A stretch of 62,000 bases of DNA from Octopus vulgaris (lineage: Eukaryota): positions 102,196,001-102,258,000 of the forward strand of contig OX597821.1 of NCBI GenBank assembly GCA_951406725.2, written 5' to 3'. The notes beneath the pieces were generated by a model, which was given only the letters and a program-made list of their open reading frames with translations, had not been told where the DNA came from and searched no databases. Both the position numbers and the translations under genes were made by a program. Shown piece after piece: positions 29,720 through 42,500 of the stretch (position 1 is its first letter; each line of letters begins with the position of its first letter).

Positions 29720-32700
29720 CTGGAATATAAAATAAAAAGAAAATAATATAAAATAATATAAAAAAGAGAAAAAAGAAAGAAAAGTGCTGGAAGCCTACCA
29801 ATTGGTTAGCTGGCCAAATAACCAGTCAATGGTTTTTAAAAAAAATGTTTATGTTGCCTGGTGCAGTAACAAATCTGCCAGCTTGCTGCCCTATACTACT
29901 ACTACTAACAATAATGATAATAATAATAATTATGGCTTCAAATTTTGGCACAAGGTCAGCAAAGTTGGGGGAGGGGGATAAATTAATTACATCAACCTCA
30001 GTGCTTGGTTCTCATTTTATCAACTCTGAAAGGACGAAAGGCAAAATCGACCTCAGCAGAATTTGAACTCATAATGTAAAGATAGACAAAATGCTGCTAA
30101 GCATTTTGCCCAGCGTACTAATGATTCTACCAGCTTGCCGCCTTACTACTTACTACTAATAATAATAATCCTTTCTACTAACAGCACAAGCCTGAAATTT
30201 TGGGGTGAGGGTTAGTTGATTATATAAATCCCAGTACATAACTGGTACCTATTAAGTCGACCTCGGCTGAATTTGAACTCAGAACACAAGGAGTGATGAA
30301 CTGTCACTTGTCACTAAGCATTTTGCCTGGCATGCTAATGATTCTTCCAGCTCACCATCTTAATAATAATAATAATAGGAGGAGTCAGGAAGATACTCTG
30401 CAAGAAATGGAAACAAAATTGAAAGAAGAAAAAACTCATAATAATGTGTTGCTTACTCTAATCACAGCTAGAATATTGTTGAGCACATGTCTGCTACTAT
30501 TGGCATCTAGTGGACCCTGAAGAACTGCAGAATCAATAAGGATCTGACATAATCCAGAATATTCTTGTAAACCTAAAATAGTGGAAACGAAAAATATACT
30601 ACAAAAAAATCTCATGTTTAATATTCAAATGATTTATACAATTGAATCATCATCATCATTTAACATCCGCTTTCCATACTAGCATGGGTTGGATGATTTG
30701 ACTGAGGACTGGCAAACCAGATGGCTGCACCAGGCTCCAATCTGATCTGGCAGAGTTTCTACAGCTGGATGCCCTTAACGCCAACCACTCCGAGAATGTA
30801 GTGGGTGCTTTTATGTGCCACTGGCACGAGGGCCAGTCAGGTGGGACTGGCAACGGCCACGCTCAAGTGGTGTTTTTTACATGCCACCTGCATAGGAGCC
30901 AGTCCAACAGCACTGGCAACGACCTCGCTCAAATGTTTTCCGTGTGCCACCAGCACAAGTGCCAGTAAGGTGACACTGGTAACGATCACGCTCGGATGGT
31001 GCTCTTAGCACTCCACTGGCACGGGTCCCAGTCATTGAATTTGCAAATTTGACTTGATTTCGATTTCACTTGCCTCAAAGGTCTTTGCAAACAGAGTTTA
31101 GTGTCCAATGAAGGAAAGGTATGCATAAGTGGGCTGGTTACACTCCTGGTATAGGCCACGGGTTATGGTCTCACTTGGCTTGCCGGGTCTTCTCACAGAC
31201 TAAAAGACTGACCTTCCTATTGATTTCGCTGAACTCTTGTTGATAACTTATTTGTTTCACACAAAATACACTAACAAACCTCATGTACTTGGTAGAGCAG
31301 TAGGAATTTCTGGTACCATAAAATGAAGTCATATCCTAGGTTGGAGAGGACTTTTTAGTCCTGTTGAGGATATAGCTACCTCTCTAATGCTAGTGCCATG
31401 ATACAATGCACCCAATACACTGTGTAAGGTGGTTGGTGATAAGAAGAGCATCCAGTGGTAGAAATCAAGCCAAGGATCAGATTGGGGCTTGGTGCAGCCT
31501 CCTGCCTTGCCAGTCAAATCATCCAATCCATGCCAGCATGGAAAACGGACGTTAAACAATGATGATGATGAAATATACAAAAAAGCAGGGTGAGTGTCTT
31601 CTACTACAGCTCCAGGCTGACCAAAGCCTTGTGAGTGGATTTGGTAGTCAGAAACTAAAAAAGCCTGCTGTATATACTGTGTGTGTATGTGTAGGGGTGT
31701 ATTTGAGTGTGTGTGTGTCTGGTTTCCTTGTCTGGTCATCATGCGATGACTGCAAATGAGCATCACTGTTATAAAAGAGATGATGTTTTTTTTCCAGTCT
31801 GTCGTGAAAAACATGTCTGGCAATGGAGAAATATTATCTTGTTTAGGAAACAGGTGAGAGTTGGCAACAGGAAGGACATCTAGTTGTAAAAACCACACCA
31901 AACAGTCAAGCCAGATGCAGTCTTTTGGCTTGCCAGCTCCTGTCAAACTGTCCAGTCCATATGACAGCATGAAAAATGGACAGTAAATGATGATGAGGAT
32001 CACACACACACACACACATGTATTAATGTATGAGTATATGTGTTTGTGTGTGTGTATGTGTGTTTACAGCAGACTCATGCCTGGTAAATCCATGGGACAT
32101 GGATTTTTTTCTGAAGGTAAAGTACAATCATGTGAGGTTTGAACTTAGACTGTAAAGAGACGTAACCAAATACCACACAGTACCGACCTCTAACAATTGT
32201 ACCATATCAGTGTGTATTTTTGAAATTCCATTCCAAACAAACCTAGTTTTCCTTCTTCACATACACACAGAGAGTCAGACATGCACATCAACAAAGAGAC
32301 TTCTATATGGTTGTTTGACTCACAAGAAATAGCAACCAAACATCCCTTGAGTCATATGCTACAGTCTTAAAAATGGAAGGACATGATACAGAATGTAGTC
32401 TCTGATAAAATAAACCTGGAGAGATGCTCACACTGAACTGTCTTTTGAGCAGAGATTTGGTTTTGAATAGGGAACTGCCCTGAGATTGAACATCAACATT
32501 AAATACATACAAACATGCATCCTGCATTCCTGGATGCATCTTGCCTTCCCAGATGCAACCAGCATTCTCACATGCATTCTGCATTCACACATGCAAGCAG
32601 AAAATATAAATAGTGAAATATTGAAAAGAAAAAAGAAAACTTACCTGTAATATCGAAGAAAGGTACAACTGGGAGAAAATTTGCTTGACAAGGCACAACA

Positions 32701-35700
32701 AGTTGTTTCTGGTGTAAAAGATGCTTCAAAAACTGACAAACCAGAATACATTCTGAACTTAACAAATTAGGAATTAGCTGAAAAAGAAAATTGACAATAG
32801 AAACTACTATGTGATGCTCCAGCATGGTCACCCAGCCCAATACTAAGTGATTAGTGAAAGAATAAAAAAATCATCATCATCAACATTTAACGTCCGCTTT
32901 CCATGCTAGCATGGGTTGGACGATTTTGACTGAGGTCTGGCGAACAACCAGATGGCTGCGCCAGGCTCCAATCTTGATCTGGCAGAGTTTCTACAGCTGG
33001 ATGTCCTTCCCAACGCCAGGAAATAGAAGTATATATTTTCCATGGCTAAGAGACATGAGCATTTTTACACATACATATACAAAGGATGGATGTTTAGTTT
33101 CTGCTTATCAAATTCACTCAGCCTGAGGCTGTAGCTAAAAGTGCCACACACACACATCATCATCATCATCATCATTCATTTAGCGTCCGTTTTCCATGCT
33201 AGCATGGGTTGGACGGTTCAACTGGGGTCTGGGGAGCCCGAAGGCTGCACCAGGCCAGTCAGATCTGGCAGTGTTTCTACAGCTGGATGCCCTTCCTAAC
33301 GCCAACCACTCCGAGAGTGTAGTGGGTGATTTTATGTGCCACCGACACAGGTGCCAGACGAGGCTGGCGAACGGCCACGCTCGGATGGTGTTTTTTATGT
33401 GCCACCGACACAGGTGCCAGACGAGGCTGGCAGACAGCCACGCTCGGATGGTGTTTTTACACACTTATATATATGATGATGATGATGATATATATATACA
33501 TACATACATACATACATATGGCACCACAACAGAATTGATTTCCTAAAACCAAGGTGCTACATGAAAAAGCACTGGTGTTGGTGCCACATAAAAAGCACCC
33601 AGTACACTCTGTAAAGTGGTTGGCATTAGGAGGGGCAGCCAGCTGTAGAAACTAAGCAAAAACAGACAATGGAACTGGGTGTGTACCCTGGCCTTGTCAG
33701 TTCCTATTAAGCTGTCCAACCTATGCCAGCTTCGAAAATGGACGTTAAATCATGATGATATATATGTGTGTGTGTGTGTATATACATAGTAATATATATG
33801 TGAAAAGGTTGAATTATAATTCATCCTTTTACTTTGGAGGGTTCCAAAAAAAGTGATTTCTAATAAAGATTCTTTATATTTTGCTGGTAGCTTACAGCCC
33901 CAAACTCTTGTTCTCGTTGCATTCTAGCAGCCTCCTATATACTACATTCACTAGCTTAATTTCATTCTCATGCATAAATTTTTTTTCAAGGACACACCAT
34001 ACCGAATATTGCTTGTAACTGTCAAGTCATATCCTAATTCAAACATAACTATGCTTTTTCCATTGGACATCTCTATAAAACCACTACATTTGTTCATCCA
34101 ATAAATGACTTATTTATCTACTTACTCTTCTATAGAGGGAATGTCTCTTAAAACCTTTTTCACTCATATTTTCAAATAACCGTTAGTTGCCTCAGTTTTA
34201 GCTTATACACAACTAAACTCACATTCTTTATTAAGATGCTCTCAATTTTCATAAGGATAAATATGTATATCCAAATTTGTTCTCTGCTATTTCCTTCATC
34301 AAGTCCTCTGTAATAATAATTTTTGATTATGCTTCTTGCACTGAGAAGAACAGTGATATGTAATTAATTTAATTTAATCAAATTAATTTAATTATACTAC
34401 CATGAATTTACATGTTAATATCGCTGTTTGAAATGATCGTATGTATGTACTAAAATTCTTTTAAATTTTAACATCTCTTCTCCATTTTTAACAAACTTGT
34501 TGAGTTCTATAGGATACCTTTCCATAAATTCACATAACACACTATATATATATATATATGATAGATAGAGAGAGATATATACTGGCTGCATGGTTAAAAA
34601 GAAGTTTGCTTTCCAATCATATGGTTTGGGGTTCAGTCCCACTGTGTAGCACCTTGGGCGAGTAAGTATCTTCTAGTATAGCCCTGAGCCAACTAAAGCC
34701 TTGTGAGTGGATCTGATAAGCAGAAACTGAAAGTAACCCATCATAAGTATGTGTGTGTGTGTCCCTGTGCATCACCCATCATACAAGTGGTGTCCCTCAT
34801 TTCTAATATCCTGTAAAAGCACATCTGCCCCATGGCAAAATATTACCTTGTTTGGAAACAGGTGAAGCTTGGCAACAGAAAGGGCATCCAACCGCAGAAA
34901 ATCTTGGTCGATGCCAGTGCTGGCTGATTGGTCCTGTACTGGTGGCATATACAAAGCACCATTCAAGTGTGGTTGTTGCCAGTGCCGCCTGACTGGCTCC
35001 CATGTGTTGGTGGCATGTAAAAAGCACCATTCAAGCATGGTCAATGGCAGTACTGCCTGACTGGCCCATGTACCGGTGGCATGTAAAAAACACCCACTAC
35101 ACTCATGGAATGGTTGGCGTTAGGAAGGGCATCCAGCTGTAGAAACTTTGCCAGATCAGATTGGGGCATGGTGCAGCCTTCTGGTTTGACAGCTCTCAGT
35201 CAAACCATCCAACCCACGCCAGCATGGAAAGTGGACATTAAACGATGATGATGATGAAGCAGGAGTAAAGTGGACATTAAAAAAACTGAAGACAATGACA
35301 TTATACTTATCAAACTCACCTGAGCCAAAGCTAGACAAACATGATCTCTGCTTAGATGTAAATTGCTAGGGAAATGTTCACTCATCTCTTGACAAAATTC
35401 CTCATCAATACTGACAAATCTCAGAAGGTTCAATGTTTGAGAAAGATCTACAAAGAAAACTTTATTGTGTAAAATGAAGGAATTTCTGTGGCCATGATGT
35501 CTTGGCATTTAATTATAATTTATAGCAGTGTGCAACACAAATATTATTTCAATGACAAAATATCAAAAATTAATGTCATATAATACAAATTTTGTTGCTA
35601 GTTTGGATTTTAACCAAACGAGGAAGAAGAAAAGGATAAATTAAGTACATACCACAGTCATGTAGTAAATTCTGTGTCTTGAGGAATTGACAGCAAATTG

Positions 35701-36559
35701 ACTGGTTCACCTGCAGAATGGAACGATTATCTTGTTATACACATCTGTAGTAATTTTCATCTTCAAATTGCAAAATGGTATTTTAAATCAACCAACATGT
35801 CCTTTAGTATGAAATAGAACATTCTGTTCTTTGCAAAAAGCACTCATTCATCATCATCGTTTAGCATCCGCTTTCCATGCTAGCATGGGTTGGACAGTTT
35901 AACTGGGGTCTGGGAAGCCAGAAGGCTGCACCAGGCCCAGTCTTATCTGGCAATGTTTCTACGGCTGGATGCCCTTCTTAACGCCAACCACTCCATGAGT
36001 GTAGTGGGTGCTTTTTACGTGACACCGGCACAGGTGCCAGACGAGGTTGGCAAACGGCCACGATCGGATGGTGCTTTTTACGTGCCACAAAAGCTGTCAG
36101 CTGTGCACCTCAGAATCTTATGAAATTCTATTCTCATCCTCCAACTACTTAATGACATTCAGGATTAAACCGATCTTGCAGATATAAAATTTTTAAAACT
36201 TTAAATATTTCAAACCAATTATCATCATCATTGTTTAACGTCTGCTCTCCATACTAGCATGGGTTGGATGATTTGACTGAGGACTGGCGAACCAGATGAC
36301 TGCACCAGGCTCCAATCTGATCTGGCAGAGTTTCTACAGCTGGATGCCCTTCCTAACGCCAACCACTCTGAGAGTGGAGTGGGTGCTTTTACGTGCCAGT
36401 AAGGTAACGCTGGTAACGATCACACTCGAATGGTGCTTTTTACGTGCCACCGGCATGGAAGCCAGTTAGCTGCTCTGATAACGATCACACTTGGAATTAC
36501 TCACGCTCGGATTATATTTTCCAAATTTAATAAAACATAATATTAATTATGTAAGTACA

Positions 36560-36594
<35 letters not shown>

Positions 36595-39500
36595 ATTATT
36601 TTAACCTCAATTCAGCCTTGAGTAAACAAACCTATGATTAAAGGCATTCCTACCATTTTCTTTTTATCTCTGATTACCTGATTAGCTTATACTTACATCA
36701 TTCTCATTTATACACAACAGCTTCCTAAGTCTGAATTTAACTGTCCAGTCCAAAGATTTTATTTCTTCTTTCAACCACAACACAATATTTCCTGTAAAAA
36801 TGATCAGGAAAGAAACAAGAGAAAACAAATCAACATCTCCACATTTTATGAAATAAAATACAATCATAGCCTATGAAAACATATTTAAGATTATCTTTTC
36901 TTGTCTGATTTTATGATGTGTAATCTTTATACTTTAGTAGAATCACCATCCGAACGTGGTGGATGCCAGTGCCACCTTGACTGGCTTCTGTGTCAGTGGC
37001 GCGTGACCTGCTGTGCTTGAGGAGACTTATTGAGTCAAGTACATCAACATCAAAATGAATATCAAATGGAAATTGTAGTTGTGATACCTGTGCCGGTGGC
37101 ACGTAAAAGACACCATCCGAATGTGGCCGATGCCAGCTCCACCATGACTGGCTTCTGTGCCGGTGGCACGTAAAAAGCACCAACCGATTGTGGCCGCTAC
37201 CAGCCTCCCCTGGCACGTAAAAAGCACCCACTACACTCACAGAGTGGTTGGCATTAGGAAGGGCATCCAGCTGTAGAAACACTGCCAGATCAGACTGGAG
37301 CCTGGTGCAGCCTTCTGGCTTCCCAGAACCCAGTTGAACCATCCAACCTGTGCTAGCACGGAAAACGGACGTTAAATGATGATGATGATGACGAATCCAA
37401 CATTTAGTAATTGGTCATAAAAAATTGACATAATTCTCTACGTATGGTTAAAAAGCTTGCTTCCCAACCATGTCGTCTTGAGTTCAATTCAACTGTGTGA
37501 CACCTTGGGCATGTCTTCTACTACAGCTAGGCCCAGGTTAATCAACAAATGCAGTGAATTTCAACCATAATATGCTAAGAAAAGGGTTAATTAAATTGGT
37601 CTTTTCTTCACCCATCATATATCTTTTTCCTTGTTTCATTCATTAGACTGTGGCCATGCTGGAGCACCATCTTGAACAACTTCAATTGAACAAATCAACC
37701 ACAGTGCTTTTCTTTTCTTAAAGCCTGGCACTTATTCTGTTGGTCTCTTCTGCTGAACTGCCAAGTTACTGGGATGTAAACTCACCAGCACCGTTAAGCA
37801 GTGGAGTGGGAGGCAAACACACACATTGAACGGGCTTCTTTCAGTTATAGTCTCACAAATCTACTCACGATGCTTTGATCAGCCCGAGGTTATAGTAGAA
37901 GACACTTGCCCATATGCCATGCAGTGGGACTGAACCTGGAACCATGTGCTTGGGAAGCAAACTTCTTACCACACAGCCATATTATATATATATATGTGTG
38001 TGTGGAAGGGTGTGCCTCTCAGGTGGAGGTCTAAAAAGACATGTTAAGAGAGTGTATATGGTGACACCTGTTTCTCCTGCCAGCCAACCAGCACAGCTGT
38101 CTAGCATATGATAAAATGTGTAAAAGCTTGGCTGGGCTTAAAAGTCATATAAGGGCATCACATGGCAAGAATCATGAATCATTTCAGTAAGTCTTCTTGG
38201 CAATGGCTTTTCTCGTGTAACGAGGATGCAGCTGTGATATATATATATATATATATATATAATTATTTGAGGGAATATTAATCCAAACTTACAGGGAAAA
38301 AAATTCAATTTAGAAATACTAAATCAAATTTCACACAATATAATATATATATATATATAAAAATTAGAAAAAAAAACACCTTTTATCAATTCAAAATGAA
38401 CAATTCTTATAATTTTAATATTTCTATTATATGTAATTTTCTAGATGGTGTAATTTAATCGTTCATTTTGAATTGATAAAAGGTGTTTTTTGTCTAATTT
38501 ATATATATATATATAGCTAACCTTGTGCAACATGAACAAAGTAAGCTCTTCTGTGGCACATATTATGAGCAGGCCTCTAGTCTGAGGATAATCCATAGCT
38601 CATGAATCTTGGGATACCCCCTCTATCCTTCCTATTGTCAGAAGTACTAAAGAGTGCTACTCCTTGTACCCAGATGAAATGACTGAAAAAAAAAGGTAAA
38701 CAAAGATGAATGAATATATAAATTCTGACTCACCTTGAACAAGAGTATAATTGTTTATCAAGATCTCAACCACTTGATCTATTAAACTAATCAGCAGTGC
38801 TTTCATGTTGACCAATTGTTTTGCTTGGTTGACATCTTCCCAGAATTCAGTGCAGTCATTCAATGCATAACAGAACTGTAGAAGGACAACATGGAGCTGT
38901 ATGTTGTCAAGACACGATTTAATCTGGGATTCTTCACAGCTGAACACAACTGATGCCAAATGTAACAGCAAGACAGGGTTATGGAGGTGGCAGTCGGTTG
39001 AAGTAAGTAAATGAAGATGTGGTAGGATATAAATTCTGAGAATTTCAGTAGTCTGCAGGAGAATTTGTTTTATTCCATATTTTTGGCAAACACCTATGGA
39101 AAATGGCTGGAGATGAGGTGGGAAAAAGAAAGTAAACCAAAATATAAAAATCTTCATCATCATCATCATCAACATCATTCAACGTCCATTTTCTATGCTG
39201 GCATGGGTTAGATGGCTTGACAGGAACTGGCAGGGCCAGGGGGCTGCACCAGTCTCCATTGTCTGTTCTGGCATGATTTCTAAGGCTTAATGCCACCCCT
39301 AACACCACTTCATAGAGTGTAGTGGGTGCTTTTTACATAGCATCAGCACCAATGCTTTTTATGTGGCAAAGAACAATATAATATATAATTCTGCTAATAT
39401 AAGATTTCTGGGGGTTATTATACCCATCAGGCATGGTGGCTGTGTGGTTAAGAAGTCTGCTTGACAAAACTTGTGATCCTGGGATCAATCCTGTTGGGTG

Positions 39501-42500
39501 ACAGACAACATTGGATATGCAGAAAAGAAATATGAGTGCACAAGAAGTGCAGTTAGATTAGAGACAGGTTGACAGAGAAGGACTTTGTCTGTAGCAGTTG
39601 CAGTGTTAGTGTGCATGGGCTGAAAGGACAATTAAAAGGAATCAGATGTTGTGTGCAAGAGAGAAGGCTGAGCTGGTATGGACAAGGGATGTGTATGGAG
39701 GATGGCAGTTGAGAAGAGAGTTGTAAAGTGATCTGTGGGAAAGGAAGACAAGGGAAAACATGGTGAAAGTTGATCTTGAGATGCTGGATCTCATGAAAAG
39801 ATGGACAAGTGTCTGCAACAAGCAACAAGTGCTGTGTTGGAGATGACTCAGCCAACCCTTGCAAGCATAGAAAAAACAAATGTAAATATGTATCATCATC
39901 ATTATTTAATGTCTGGTTTCCTTACTGGCATGGGTTGGATGCTTTGACAGGATCTGACGAGCTACAGAACTGTCAAACAAGGCGGCGAGCTGGCAGAAAC
40001 GTTAGCACACTGGGTAAAATGCTTAGCGGTATTTCGTTTGCCGCTACGTTCTGAGTTCAAATTCCACCGAGGCTGACTTTGCCTTTCATCCTTTCGGGGT
40101 CAATTAAATAAGTACCAGTTACGCATTGGGGTCGATACAATCGACTTAATTCATTTGTCTGTCCCCACTGTGTGTAGCCCCTTGTGGGCATTAAAGAAAT
40201 AAGAACTGTCAACTTTGAGATGGCTTCAATGGCTGAATACCCTACCTAATACCAACCACTTTACATTGAGTATTCAATGCTTTTGTTTTCATGCAGCTAG
40301 TATTAGCCAGGCCACCAAATAACTTGCAACAGAAGTTGGGCCTTCGTAAGTGTCAACTATGGAGTGAGGAAGTATTTAAGAGGAAGAGGTGGTTTTATAC
40401 CAGGTGTTGAGAGGTTTAAGTATGATAGAGGGACAAACACAGGTGCCTAGCTATAGAGGAGATACATAGCTACCCAACATTATATAAGGGTGGATGGGAG
40501 TAGCTGGAAAGAAAATGGAGATGATGGTGACAAGATGCCAGAGCTGTTTAAGATAAAAATATGTGTGTCTAAGAGACAAGCCCTTTGGCGATATGCTGTG
40601 CCTAAGAAGACTCGTCAAGCCAAGTGAAATCTTAGTTGTGACCAATGGTGGTGTCATGTAACTGGCACCCATGCCAATGGCATATAAAATACATTCAATA
40701 TATTCTGGGAATAGTTGGCATTAGAAAGGGCATCCAGCCATAACGACTAAGTCAAAATCGAACTGGAACCTGGTGCAGCTCTCCAGCTTACCAGTTTTCA
40801 GTCAAACCATTTAACCCATGCCAGCATGGAAAGCAGATGTTAAATAATGATGATATATATATATAATTAACAAATATGTATTAAAATAATCATACTGTTA
40901 AAAGCTGCTGCAAAAGTTTAATGAAAGTATTTTGCTGTTTTTCATCCATTGGTTCTGAGGAGGTAATTTCAAATAGCTGAGAACCAAGAAGACTCTCTGA
41001 TAGTAGATCTTCATCTTCAATGGTTGTATAACGTTTCTTAGACTTGCAAGAATTTGGTAACAGCTGCAACATCTGAAAATAAAGGAGGAAAATAAAAGTG
41101 AAAGATGGATTTTCTTTAAATGTTCACCTTCCTAGCCCGCTACATTTATGCTGGGAAGTAAAAAGAGCCAATCTGCTCAAGAGAAAAAAAAACTGTTGAA
41201 TGTCTATTAACTCTTGATACAAACCCACCGAGATCACCCATGGTTCTATGATACAAACTTCATGTTTCTAAAAATTCTAAATTAGAACCTTTCATCAAAA
41301 TTTCATATCAATTTATATTCAAAAACCAGCTCAATAATGACAAAATTATTTTACTAAATTCTTAATTACTTTAAAAAATTAATTGAAACAAAGACAGAGT
41401 ATTTCAGCAGAAATGTACCAAAATGGTTTATATATTTGTGTGGTTAAGCAGTTCCATCATATATATGTATATATATATATAATAATAGAAGGGTAAAATT
41501 TATTAATTAATTAATCAATTAACAATTTTAACAAGTAGATCGGTATGTTAAAATAACCTTTATAGGTAAAATTATCCACATAATTATAACTAGGGTTCAG
41601 CTAACTGCTTCACCACATACCAAAATTAGAAATAGGAGTTAAAAATTCCTTTCCTGCTACTATAAGAATCTTCATGACGGTAAACATACTTTTTTATGAA
41701 GGCAAAGAGAAAAACGATGAACCAACGCGACCAGGATTAATTATATACGCGTTCCGAGATTATAGTAATTCAATTTTACTTACTTCTCTCTTCAGTATAA
41801 TATTTCCAATTTTTATAAAATTTGAAAGTGCTAGGGCTGAATATACACACAATTGAGTGTCATCATGTAACAGATATCCAACCAATACTTCTAAATTTTT
41901 AACTCCTGTTTCTAATTTCGGTATGTGGTGAAGTAGTTAGCTGAACCCTAATTACGATTATCATCATCATCATCATCATCGTTTAACGTCTGCTTTCCAT
42001 GGGTTGGACGATTTTGACTGAGGGCTGGTGAACCAGATGGCTGCAATCTTGATCTGGCAGAGTTTCTACAGCTGGATGCCCTTCTTAACACCAACCACTC
42101 CGAGAGTGTAGTGGGTGCTTTTTACATGCCACCGGCATGGGGGCCAGTCAGGTGGTACTGGCAATGACCTCGCTCGAATCTTTCTACACATTCCACTGGC
42201 ACAGGTGCCAGTAAGGCGATGTTGGTAACGATCACGCTCGAATGGTGCCCTTTTACGTGCCACGGCACGGGGGTCAGTCAGATGGTACTGGCAATGATCT
42301 CGCTCGAATCTTTTTACACATGCCACTGGCACAGGTGCCATATATGTATATGTACATATCATGTACTTCCATACAATTTCTGCCCGGGATTAAGATCAAG
42401 TTCTGCTTATGATGTGCTTGTTTCCAGGCAGGGTGTTCAATTCTGCATGTTTCAGTTGCTTTACAACCATTGTGTGTGTGTGTGTGTGTGCATAGATATA

